A DNA stretch of 60,796 nucleotides, counting the filler, from Sluysia triapertura (taxonomy: Eukaryota): assembly GCA_046118255.1 (NCBI GenBank). It is 5 parts of 5 records of this genome, joined end to end, with 100 filler letters (N's around TTAATTAATTAA, not from the genome) between each part and the next. Parts side by side here need not be neighbours in the genome. Positions count along the whole stretch, not along the records: positions 22,675 to 34,555 come from JBJNIA010161374.1; positions 34,656 to 49,889 come from JBJNIA010234008.1; 3 more parts are not named here. One strand, given 5' to 3'. The position numbers were made by a program, and so were the translations under genes. Positions 26,291 to 38,686 of this stretch are shown piece by piece; positions within the stretch are counted from its first letter, which is position 1; each line of letters starts with the position of its first letter. The notes under the pieces are model-generated. The model made no database searches and was not told the origin of the DNA. It saw only the letters and a list, made by a program, of their open reading frames with translations.

Positions 26291-28624
26291 ATGTATTATG
26301 CTACTTTTCACTGGTTAGATTGGGTAACCATAGTTAAAAACACAATAAAATACAAAAGAGACAACTTGAAAGTTATTTTTATTGAATTTCAGGAGGGCAT
26401 AGATTGTTAAATTATATTTGAAATTATAGATTTTTTTGATCCTTGATTTTTAAAAGAAAACCACATCGAAAAATTTCGCTTCGTTCAAAAGTTATATCAA
26501 TTTGGCCATATTTGGTCGTAATGTACTATTAAATTAAATAATATGATCTAAAACTTGTGCATACGAAGTGAATCTAATGCGTTATATAACTTTAAGGTTC
26601 TATAAAATATGAAATGTTTAAATTTATGGATGATCTGTGTAATAATTGTTTACTGCAACGTTATTATTGAATGATTTAAAATTGAAATAGTTTATTGAAA
26701 AACGTTGTCATTTAATTGATTTTAAAATGTGTAAGAAGAACTATCTAATGATCCAAGAATGTGTTTAATGTGTTATAAATTATATGTTTATTATGATGCG
26801 GTTTATTTAAAGCTAGACCTATGGCAAAATAAAAATTTGAGTAGGGTCTGGTTAGAGTAAACGTCTTACAACGTATAGTTGGCGTTTCTGTAACTAACTA
26901 ATTTGTTACGAGGGTCTTAATTTTAAATAGCACAATAAATAAAAGACTCAATTATTTATAAATTATATATTAAACTAAATGTATATGCATAATAGATTAT
27001 GATACAGAATAAAAAACAACAAAATAAAACTTAAATATTATTTTATGATCTAAATCATCTTGGGATATTCGATCTAATTGCTTTCAAAATTTAAGTAGAA
27101 AATTTTCCCTCAATATATCGGAGTTCTTATAATATTAAAACTAAAAATTGATTTCTTCTGCATTTTAAGATCTTGACTTATAAAATATCAAAATCGCCTT
27201 AAAAATAAAATAAGTTACCATTTCAATGATTATAAAAATTCTCGTACAATAAATTTGTTCGAAACCCAATCCAATCTGTTTCAAAATGGCGTCAGTTATA
27301 AAGAAAATTTGTGTATCAATTGGTTAAAATTACAAGTGGCGCTGAATTTTGTTAAACTAATTATAAAATGACAATTTTCATTAATGACAATTTCATTAGC
27401 CAATGAAGCTTCTATTCTATTTAAAGAAGCGAATTTTCTTTTTTAGAAATTTTTTTTCTTTTTTGGAAAATAAATATTTTAAAGTTTTTTTAGATATTTA
27501 TAAATAATTTTAAAGCATTTTGAAAGGTCGTCATGACAACCTAACAATTTTGTGATGGTGCTACAGTAAAATTAAAAATAAAAATAAATTTCTTAATAAT
27601 TTAAAAAATACAATTAAATTTTCTAAAAGCCAAAAAGCAATTTATGTAAAAAAAATTGCTTATAAATAGAATATATTCACGAAAACAAAATTAAAACATG
27701 TGTTATTTAATTATTTTATAAATAAATTAGCAAAAAATTAGTTACAATGAAGAAAATAACGTTTTCGTACAAATATAATACATATAAAGTAAGATGTTTC
27801 TAATAAAAAAGAATGTTCGATCTAAGACGAGGTAATTTTGAGTTACCTAGTGAATAAATAAGTAAGTAAGTAAAGATCTAAATGCAACAGAGAGAACTTA
27901 CATCTAAAACATGAAAATTCTGTTAGAGAAATTTATAATCTTCTGACTAAATAAGAGAAAATATTGTAAAGAAGCAGAGATAAACCAAATTTATTAATTG
28001 TTTTTTGAAAGATAAATTCTTATTCTTTACTTATGTTAATAATAAAGTTTTATAATTTTATAATATGCAGACATTAATCTGAAACATTAAAGAAGAAATG
28101 CTTTAAAAGATCTCAAATTAGGCTTTGATTTTCATTAAAAATTCAACTTTATTTAACTTTTGTCATACTAAAATAAAAATAAAAATTAGAAAGTTAAATT
28201 TTTAGTTCTTATCGTGGTAAACATTTGTCAATTTCTTTTAGTGCGATCCTAGACAGAGGCATGTTATCATAAGAAAACTTAATTTTTTAAGTAAAAATAA
28301 ATAAACAATAAACCTTCGCAGTTTAAGAAATAGATACGCAAGAATCAATAACTAAAATAATTAAAGAACATTAGATGGCATAATAAACGTGCTAGTAAAG
28401 CCCAATAGTCATTTTTAAAATTTTAAGTTCCCGTTAGTTTTAAAATCCTATAAGGGTGTCAACCATTAAAGTCGTAAGACACTCAATATGGACGAATCCT
28501 TTGTGAGGTAGGTTTAAATAAAGTTCTTGCAACGTCAACAATAAAAATGAACTCAATAAAAACATTTTTATACGAATTTAAAACATATTTATGACTTAAT
28601 GATTGCATTTTAGTTCTATATTAA

Positions 28625-28820
28625 CACTATTTCTACCTCGATTTTGTGTATACCTACTTGAGTACCAGGTACGTATATTTAGATCTAGGATAAGCTGAAT
28701 GAAAATTATACGAAAAGTCAAAACATGAATTGAAAAAAAAGTATGATTAAACTGAGAAAATAATTTCAAATTAAATAATGTTAAAAGATATTTTTTGACA
28801 TCTTTTGTAGAATTTTGTAA
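28625..28820. mobile_element. piggyBac-type MITE, older copy (inverted relative to 47520-47736)
   Basis: TTAA + cactatttctac at the left; body is the reverse complement of 47520-47736; right TIR degenerate. Confidence 0.8.
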
Positions 28821-29883
28821 TATTTTTCTTAGTCTTTTTCAACTAATTATAGCTTAAAAAAGGAAAACAGCCATCATCGTGAAACAAAGAAAAATAAAAG
28901 ATATATATATAAATAGAACAAATGATACAATAAGAAACAAAGAAACATTTAAATTTCACAAAAAGAATTCAAAAACAAATGCCGTACGTTTGTAACGAAA
29001 TTCAAATTTATTAAGAGAATCAATTTTTGGAATCCTCACATTATCGTTAGTTTGAATTCTAGTAAGATCATCTTCATTGAAGGGTAAATAAGATACATAA
29101 AAGATCTTTTAATTTTTCACTACATTTTATAATCAAGTGTACTAAATTTAAATATATAATTTTTTAAATATTTATCTTTATTTTGATATTGTTTCATGTT
29201 TTATATACATATTCTCATTTGATTGAAATACTAATTCATGTAACGTGAGAATTATTTCCTAATTCCATAAAATCACTCATTTTAAATGGAGTTAAAATCA
29301 AGCAAAATTGTTATTATTTTCCGCCTGTTAAGAAAGAAATCGATTTTTCTTCGCTTCCTTTTTAAAGAGGTTAAAATCATCATTAAAATTTTTAATAAAT
29401 TTTTATTAAATTATTTAACTGTTCGAAAATATACTAAACAAACAACAACTAAGATGTTTTTTCAACATTTATCGCTTCAAGAAGTCCTCACAAATCGACA
29501 CATTGAATGAACTTTTGGTACTAAATGATCATCGGAAGATGGTGGTTTATATACATTAGGTATCGTCTGACACTTATTTCGTATGGTTCACGTGACATTT
29601 TAAAATCATTTAAAGCTTATGTAAAGATGTTGAAGTGCATATAGTATTTGTTTTTTTATTGAATGCGTTTCGAGACATGAAGTAACTTTACTTATATAAT
29701 TGTTATATATGTGTAATGTTTATGTAATTATGGAGATTATCTACTTGATTTGGTTCAATTTCGATTGCTAAAGAAAGTATTGAATTACAAAAAGAAACTT
29801 TATCAATTTGCAAATTGTTTTAAATATTTTTATTCTATTTTTGTTTTGTTATTAAATTTTGCCGTGTGTTATTTGTTTTAATC

Positions 29884-29951
<68 letters not shown>
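29884..29951. repeat. (AAT)n microsatellite (others at ~41655-41720, 44645-44708, 45534-45584, 47047-47096, 50528-50574, 53443-53484)
   Basis: Visible directly in the sequence. Confidence 0.95.
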
Positions 29952-29952
<1 letters not shown>

Positions 29953-29967
29953 TTATCATAATTTCAG

Positions 29968-32124
29968 TATTTAAATGATATACGGGATTCTGTATTCTCA
30001 CCAGCAAAAATGAGAGCTATAGGACAACTCTATGGATTATTAGATACTAAAAATAGTGAATTACAATACGGGTTTGTAATCATTAATATAATTTTTCCCA
30101 TTTTGTATACTTTTAATTTATGAATAATGCTATTTGACAAATTAAATAGGTTTTGATTTTATAAATTAATACCGTGATTTTTAACGGTACAATCTATTAC
30201 AACTTGTAATTGGAAATAACTGATTAAAACTAAATCATAAACTGCATGCAACGGACATCAGAATATTTGTCACAATTTTCTAAGATTAAAGCAAGACTAA
30301 AGTACTAAATTATAGACTATTCCGATTTCTGCAATTTATAACTGTCTTATACATTTATACACCATGCAATATATATAGTACTGCTTTTTTCAAGTTGAAT
30401 GTCTGGTGATGGTAAATTCTTTTTAAAACCTTCATTTTTGAAAATTAAAATTATTTAGATTTTTGCCTATCGTCGTCCTGTTCATATTAATATTAAATTA
30501 AAATTAATACAATTAAATTAAATTAAAATTTACAATCTTGTAATAAATGACAACACAAAAGGAATGTGCGAATTGGTATGATAAGTTTAATAGTGGAGAT
30601 CTAAGTCTTACCGAACATCCTAAGCTTAGAAGGCCTAATTCATTTGATTCGGCACCATGATCTTGGGATTTCACAATTAACAGAAATATATCTTAGTTCC
30701 ATTCAATAGATAAAAGAATAAATAAATTTTATGATGTGACCCTTCACACTAAAAAATTGTTGAATTGAAATTTGTAAAGACCTTACTAGAAATGTATTAA
30801 ATGAAATATTTTTCAAGCGAATTGTTACGCATGATGAAAAGTATGTTTACTTTATCTATCGTATGCTTGGTTTGGCGGAAATAATAAACTGAAATAAAAT
30901 AAAATTGAAAACCTTTGATAAAACGATTATTTATTAATTATAACATTAAATAAATATTTAAATAAAAAAATCAATATTCAACATTAATCATATAAAAAGC
31001 TCCAGTATAAAATCTCCACAACTGGAATATAGCTTTTGATTTGTTTAAAGAACAGTCAGAAATAACGTGATTGCTTCACAAAATTATATACCTACAAGCA
31101 TTGCTTTTAATTTTACATTATATTTTTATCAATCATATTGATTTAGAAAATTTTGCTTCAATTAATTTCAGTTGGGCTATGCTGGTTATTCGATCTCGTT
31201 ACGAACCTGGATTGTTTCAAGTGTACTCATTTTTGAATTCTCAAGGTCGTCTGAGATTTTGTAAAACTATTTATTTGTTAGCACTTTTAATTAAAACTAT
31301 TGAAATAATCATAAGGATTAAAATTGATTGTAAAATTGCACAAAATCGAGCTCAGTTCATTTTATGAAATCTAAGAATAAATAAACACTTATATATGATT
31401 TGGTAGTTGAATTTTATACATCGATTTTTAATGATAGAATCACAGTTAGAGCATAATTTGGTTGTCCATTGTTTTAGAGATTTAGATCCTGTATAGTAGT
31501 ATAAACTTGATTTTTTTGTCTTTCTGGATCTTTACGTGTTATTCTGGCCGATGAAATCACTCTCTGCGTCATAAGAGGTGTTAGGATATTGACGATTAGT
31601 TGTTACAAAACAGTTACATCGTTACTTTAATTTGAATACAAATACAGATAACAAATTAAAATTTCCTCCGTATTCCGCCGAATTTCAAACTCGTAGTTGA
31701 TCATAATCTTATTTACAACTTTAAACTCGTTAAGTATCACTTGAGCTGACATACCAGAAACGAAAAATTTTCATTCAATCCCAAATCATCTCACTTGTTC
31801 TTAGATGCACACTATCTTCATAAGTCATTTATAACCAAGTGTTTCGAAAATGTTATGCCTGGTAGTATCGGATTAACTGTGTTTTGTGAGAAAATTATTT
31901 TCATATTTCGTGTTCAGCAAAAGAAGTAAAGTTACACATTTACATATCATTTGCGATAAATAAAATGTCCTTTTGTATGAAATAACGTTTTTTTATTCAG
32001 GAAATTATACGAATGGACAGAACAACGTCAACGTGTAATTGATAACTTTTATGAAATGGAATCAAGCATGCATCCTATTCTGGTGAAGATGCTTCGACGA
32101 ATTCTTAAGTTAAACGATATATAA
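29968..32124 (+). CDS. LTA4H: Leukotriene A4 hydrolase (M1 aminopeptidase), last three coding exons (29968-30071, 31172-31276, 32001-32124)
   Basis: Spliced: YLNDIRDSVFSPAKMRAIGQLYGLLDTKNSELQYG|WAMLVIRSRYEPGLFQVYSFLNSQGRLRFCKTIYL|KLYEWTEQRQRVIDNFYEMESSMHPILVKMLRRILKLNDI*. Resembles LTA4H NNSEIRFRWLRLCI..EQGRMKFTRPLFKDL..SMHPVTAMLV. ttcag acceptors, GT donors, and two phase-2 junctions join in frame. Confidence 0.88.
30560..30860 (+). mobile_element. mariner transposase remnant in an LTA4H intron
   Basis: WYDKFNSGDLSLTEHPKLRRP resembles WFxRFxSGDxSLEDxPRSGRP; FFKRIVTHDEKYVYF resembles FLxRIVTGDEKWIxY. Confidence 0.8.
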
Positions 32125-32888
32125 ACATTTACTATAGTTATTTTATTAGGCTAACATAATTGTTTTTTCAAATTAAATATATCATACTTTTTCTCATTCT
32201 TTCAAAAATCAAAAACCTCTTTAAAACCTTGGCTCAGTCGTTTGTTGACTATACTTTACTATTTAAATAATTTGAAAGTGAGAACTCAAAATTAAAATAA
32301 GATTCAATTGCAATTATAGATGATTTTATTTACATTGTGCAATATAATAATTAAATAAAAGTCAGATTCGAAATCAGATTCATTCTATGTGTTTCTAGTT
32401 TATATTCCATTATTCTGTCATTATTCTGCCTTTAAAATTAATTAAAATTATAATTTCTTATTTTATCTCCGTTAATTTAAATTACAAGATTCCAATTTTT
32501 CCATCAATGACTTGATACAATAACATCTGTTGTTTAATGTACAGTGTTTCAAAAAATATCACTTTCAACATGTATTTTATTTAAGTTAATTAACAAATGT
32601 ACTCATATATTTTATATCTTAAAACATATGATAAAGTTTCGAAGCCTTTTCAACATTATACTGAAAATACCATGCATATGTCAGTCATTACAATATTTCT
32701 TGTCGTTCATGATTTATCTGTTTATCATCTTTATTACCACTATTATTTTCATTATTGATATAATTCTTGATTGCGTCATCAAATACTATTTTTAAAATTA
32801 TGCACTTTATTTTCTAAATATTAAAATAATTATGTAATTTAAATTCTTATAACATAATAAATATATGTATAAATTAAAAACCAATTTA

Positions 32889-33420
32889 TTAAGTAAATGC
32901 TTGTCTTGATAATACTTCATTAAAAAACTTTTGTTTTAAATCATTTCTAGAAGATGCGCTAAACATAAAAGCAGAAAGATTAGATTTAAAAAAACTAAAA
33001 TATTCTTCAATCGGATTTAACTGTGCAGAATGAAAATGTGATATTTTTATCTTGTAGTAAATCAGTAGCATTTTTTCGATGCTATCCATTATCATCAGGC
33101 AAATGTTAAAAAATATGTACAAAGTTTGTTTTTAATGAACTCAATAAATATGTCTCCATTAAATAGTTCATCTATTACATCAAAGTAGGTGTCTCTCCTT
33201 TTGTTAACTGTAACCAAGCAACTTTGTCAATTTGATCGTCTTTGAAGTAATAGGAGAATATCCATAGTTTTTGTTTGACATAAGTTTACACTTGTTTCAT
33301 ACGGGACGAGCCTATAATTGTCTTGATTCATTATTTGTTAAAGTATTTGCTTCTGCATTTCTTGGCCTGCCTGGTCTTATCTTGAGAGTATTGGTTCCTT
33401 TATTTAATGTCTTTGTATGT
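32889..33420 (-). mobile_element. IS630/Tc1-superfamily transposase remnant
   Basis: RPGRPR, NYGYSP, YFDVIDELFNGDIFIEFI, and IMDS...HSAQLNPIEEYFSFFK, which resembles IMDNA..YSPQLNPIEEVFSxxK. Confidence 0.75.
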
Positions 33421-33808
33421 AATGTTATTTTCAAATTTAATATTATTACTATTACTATTATTATTATTATTCGTAAATGAAGGGTTCCGTTCAAATAATC
33501 CTTATCTAGTTTATTCTTATTGGGAGTAAAATAACTAAAGGATATATCATAAACATAGTAGCTTTTAATATATCATTTAAAAATTCATCGGGTGCCAAAT
33601 TTCTATTATGAAAACACACAGTTACAATAGTGGAATTACAATCATTCATTTTAATTAACTCAATAATTTCCTTAATTCTCGTTCCATCAATTAGTATTGT
33701 AACATTCATTAAGGCTTTCGGTGTTTCGTTTCTCTCTAATAATGCAATTCAGATAATAATAATAATAATAATAATAACAATACTAGTAATTATAGAGGTA
33801 TTAATTTT

Positions 33809-34555
33809 ATGAGAAATAGTTTTAACTCGCGAAGAAATGATTATAATCAAGGAAGAGCAAGAGCAAGAGACTTTGGCAGAAATAACAATGAATCAAGAGA
33901 CTTTGAGAAAAGACCGCCACCAAGGTGGCCGAATAATGAAGAATTTACACATAGAAATAAGAGTCCAGTAAGATATAATAATTATAATAATAAAACTAAA
34001 ACTAACGTAGAAGGAGAGATTGTCTGTCATAATTGTAATAGGAAGGGACACTACGCACGAAACTGTAGTAAATTAAAATCCGACACTTTTAATCAAAATC
34101 TAATAGGGTGCAAAATTATCAACAAACAAGAGGACAAGCTCCATCAAGAAAGGGTAGGTTTAGTGAGAAAAATAATAAAAATGGTAGAACACAAGTAAAT
34201 TATAATTAGGAAACACAATAATACGATGATTATGACAGTTATGGCGAAGAATCTGAAAGAAATGCACGTGGTAGAAGTTGGGGAAGATTAACAGAAGATA
34301 AAACAAAAATATTGCAAGAATGCCGCCGGATAAAATTAGATAACGATGAAGAGAAACAAAACAAAAAAGAACAAGAAGATGACGATGATACATTAGTGAA
34401 CTATTTGTATGATCAATTTTTAGAATTTTTAAAGAAATGAAGAATAGCACACTCAAAACAGAAGATAAATTACAAATGGAAGAAGAAATCAAGAAAACGG
34501 ACGAAATTTTGGATGGTTGGGATAAAAATACAAATGATACTTATCAAGCGATGAT
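33809..34555 (+). mobile_element. LTR-retrotransposon gag fragment with CCHC zinc knuckle
   Basis: R/N-rich linker then CHNCNRKGHYARNC (Cx2Cx4Hx4C); degenerate downstream and cut by the scaffold end. Confidence 0.8.
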
Positions 34556-34655
34556 NNNNNNNNNNNNNNNNNNNNNNNNNNNNNNNNNNNNNNNNNNNNT
34601 TAATTAATTAANNNNNNNNNNNNNNNNNNNNNNNNNNNNNNNNNNNNNNNNNNNN
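34556..34655. other. Artificial scaffold-joining spacer
   Basis: 44N-TTAATTAATTAA-44N. Confidence 0.97.
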
Positions 34656-35514
34656 ACTTTTTCTTAATTAAGTTAATTAAGATTTTTAATTAATTAATCT
34701 ATTTTTAGACTTAATTTTATTTTATGTTTAAAGATTTTATTGAGGTTCTAACGTTATTTAGTAGTTAATAAGGCATTCAGGGGGCTCTAGATGTTTTCAC
34801 CGTTACCTCTCTGATTCCCTTTTCTATTTCTTCATGTTAATTATTACTATATTAAACTTATTATTATTTTGAACAATGATTTTATTTCTCAAATGTTTTT
34901 TAAAGATTTTACAAACTTTATAATATTACTCAAAGATCTTAGATGCCTACCAAGGTTTCAAAAATACTTAAGGGTTAATAGTCTCAGATGATCCAAAGGT
35001 CCACAAACTCAAAAGCCTTTCTAATACCTACAAAGGCCTTTCAAATCCATTTTAAGCTTCCACAAGTTCTCAACACCCATATAGGTCTTTGAAACTCTAA
35101 GGTATTCTTAAGCTGTTAAAACTACTATAGATGTTTTTAATTTCATGATTCTTATTTCGACAATGTTATAATGTTCAATCCATCAATTGATATCAGATCT
35201 TTCTTCATCTTACAGCTCCATATGTTTCTCCTTCACTTCCTAATACACTTCTAAGAATCCCAGCAAAGAAATATTTTGAAAAAACTCATTGGATTGCTAT
35301 AATCAACACAAGAAATATCAAACGAATTTTTGCATAAATTCAATTAGAAAATAATGAGATAATTTATATTATTTGTGATTGTCTTAATTGTAGATTACTT
35401 AATACTATTAAAGTTTGTATAATTTTTTATAATTATTTACTTTTAATTATCAGCAAATAAAAAATTATATTTCAATTATATTTTTATATCTAATTTTATT
35501 TTTTTTTACAAAAG

Positions 35515-35744
35515 CCAATCAGTTTAAGAGAACTTATTTCCAATGATGCTTTAGTACCACCATTGTCAGGAACAGTGGCAATAGAATCAACACCAATTGG
35601 GATCAACCGATGTAATCGACATCAACAAAGACGACGAGCTGATCGTAACCTGTCTGTAGATTTGTTTGTATCCAAGTTAAAAAGTGTTGTATCTACTAGT
35701 AATCCGTACGATAGATATGAATTACTAGACAGAATAGGACAAGG
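35515..35744 (+). CDS. Group I p21-activated kinase (PAK1/3-like), single internal exon entering the kinase domain
   Basis: Poly-T tract + aag|PISLRE...RRRADRNLSVDLFVSKLKSVVSTSNPYDRYELLDRIGQG|gtatgt. Resembles PAK1 [32 protein letters not shown]. The donor splits the Gly codon of the G-loop. Confidence 0.8.
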
Positions 35745-36250
35745 GTATGTATTGAAATATTTTTCATTTTTATTATAAAATATATTATTCATAATTATAA
35801 GTAGATGACTGTTTGATATGTTAGGACTATAATTTTAATGTTATTATAATAGTATATTATGATGGTATAATATAATAATATAATATAATATAATAAGCAT
35901 TTATCTTTTGATTTTAACAGAATTGGCATATTTCGGCTTCCACGTTTATATTATTTTTGTTAACAGTTCTTTCGGCGGATAATGACCGTACTTATATTGT
36001 ATAAATATTTATAATTATTTATAATATTTATAATTATAATTAATAGATACATAGATCAAAGTAATTTCGAATTATTAATATTGTAGATAAAGTTTAAAAT
36101 TATAGTAATCATATGAAAAATGAAATTCAATATTAACACTGATGCGGTAGAAAAAAATTACGATGAATGTTACTTAATGTAAGCTTTTTTTTGGAGTAGA
36201 GACACTGAATCTTTAATAAACACACAAGAAGAGGAGAATTGTTGGCGTAT

Positions 36251-36554
36251 TGAAGATGAAAGTTTCCATAAATAATTTTGGGAATTGAAGAATATCTTCG
36301 AGTTGAAATCCTTGATGAAGCTTAATATTGATTCGGCAAAAGTTTGAAAAGTTGAAATGCCCTTGAACCAAAGTTTTTCAAGTTTGATAGGGTCTTAAAT
36401 GGTCTCAGAGTTAAGAGGTTTAAGGACATTCAACTTTTCAAACGTTTTCCGAATCCATTTCAAACTCATCAAGGATTTCAACACCTCGTAAAGGTTTTTA
36501 GAACTCCAAGATGTTCTTCAATTCTCAAAATGTTTATGGAAACTTTCATCTTCA
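36251..36554. repeat. Long imperfect inverted repeat (arms 36251-36369 and 36417-36554, ~47-nt loop)
   Basis: tgaagatgaaagtttccataaa..gaattgaagaa..gaaatccttgatga..gattcgg..gtttgaaaagttgaa..cctt(g/a)aacc is mirrored on the opposite strand. Confidence 0.9.
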
Positions 36555-38299
36555 TTATTCTTACTCTAACCACATCTATGATGCTCTGTCCATCACTTTG
36601 TATCAATTATTCTTACATTGTGCAATTTCACAAGTTTTCGCGTTTCTTATTCAATGGTTAGATAATGCTAACGTATCTCATTCCCAAGGAAAAATATATG
36701 ACATCTTAATTATTAAAAAATAAAATGACCGCTGAATCAAAAATTAATTGAATTCTAAAAAGTGAAATTGCATGTTAACAATAATAATGATTATTGTTTT
36801 AATGTGAGAAGTAAGGATAGATAGACTGGAGNNNNNNNNNNNNNNNNNNNNNNNNNNNNNNNNNNNNNNNNNNNNNNNNNNNNNNNNNNNNNNNNNNNNN
36901 NNNNNNNNNNNNNNNNNNNNNNNNNNNNNNNNNNNNNNNNNNNNNNNNNNNNNNNNNNNNNNNNNNNNNNNNNNNNNNNNNNNNNNNNNNNAAGGGGTAT
37001 TAAGCCCTGGTACCATTTATTTGTAGTTTTATTATGAGTTCTTAAGTTTATATTGATAATATGAATAGGTTTAAAATAAGATTGTTATAAAATTCTGATT
37101 CATTTATTACAAGTGTTATAAATCAATTTATTTAATTTAAATTAAATTCTCAGCTTTATTAAGTTTTCTTTGATTAATTCTAAAGACAAAAAAAAATAAA
37201 ATAAAATCCGTGACATTTATTATAAATAAAGCTCATGTATCTACTAAAAATTGGTTTTATTAAACAGAAATTATGTAACAATAAATGTTGATGCATCCTT
37301 GAAAATATTTCGATCCACACATAAGAACAATAGGTAATAATATAAAGAACAAATAAAACCTATTATTACGTATCTAACATAAAACAGTGAAGTACGAACG
37401 CATATTTGAATTTGAAGAAATCACCGTTTGAAGTGATTCATAGTAAAAGTTTTACATATATATTATTTCATGAATTCTGTTTATGAGATTTGTTGCATTA
37501 AGATAGGATTGATGATAAGACTTCATCTAATACATGGTCATTATCTGATACCAGTGGGTACGTTGAGATTGAATAGTTGCGTGTTAATTTTGATCCAATA
37601 TTCGTCGTAAAAGATTCCTTTTGAAATATAATAGGATTAATAACAATAATAATAATATTGTCATTTGCCGTATGAATTTTAGTTTTAGTTACTCAACATA
37701 AATTATTCTTCGTCTTTTAACTAAAATATCTTTTGTTGCATTAATTCTTACAAAAATATTTTAACAGTCGAGCAATTATTTGAATAATAAAAATTGCATT
37801 CATATGTACAACCACATAATTCATCGACTGTGATTACTATATTCTTCAATTTTTTTATATCTATTAAATATATAATCTTGAGCTAAAATGATATTTTGAA
37901 AATGTTCATGACTAAGGCATTGTTCGGTTTGATTGATAAAATTCGACATCAGTTTTGGTAAAAATATTTTATCTAAATCGAGTCAGTTGACATTGTATAT
38001 TTTGTGGTAAAATTGTAATGTGATTTTTAGAATTGTGAACAAATTATCAAAGTTTTTAATGGCTGATCAATCAGGTACAGACACATTAGATGTTTTTAAA
38101 CGACTAATGAAAACGATTGCGTGTCACTAAGTTAATTTTGATTAGAAGTCTGTCAATTGTTAAAATTGAAAACTGTCAAATTTGATTTAATAATTTGATA
38201 ATAGTGGCAGCAACAAATAACAATAACTAGTAAAAATAATAATTAATAATAATAAAATAAATGAAAATAAATTTCTTCTTTTTTCTTTTCTTCTACAGT

Positions 38300-38686
38300 A
38301 ACTTAATTATTATATATTTCTTAAATATACTTCTGTTTTATATTCATAAAAGTATACCTTGTTGAGTAAGTACATTTCTTGTAATTTCTAATTCTCTGAA
38401 TGTTTCAATTACTTTAATAATGTTAAAGTAAATAGGCTTGAATTTGTTGAATTTGATGTATGTGTTAGAAAATGATTGTTGAAGGAAAATTGCACGTTGT
38501 AATAAAATAAAAGAAGTATAATAGGAGATTAATGAAGTTGGAAATGTTAAAAGAAAGTCCGTTTATTTTATTAATATTTTGAAATTTAAAATTTTGGATG
38601 CAATGAATAGTTGAAGTGTTGTAAAAATGTGATTTTTAGTGTAATGTGATGAATTAAAATTTTGATTGATAAAGTTGGCCACCACA
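38300..38686 (-). repeat. TGTGGTGGCCAAC-ended repeat (LTR-like)
   Basis: Terminus aaagttggccaccaca, as in the copies ending at 11617 and 21010; left boundary approximate. Confidence 0.55.

Noticed and set aside
32400-33500. Fanzor/TnpB cargo next to the IS630/Tc1 remnant
   Set aside because: No RuvC or zinc-finger motifs are visible; the adjacent sequence looks like decayed Gypsy integrase.
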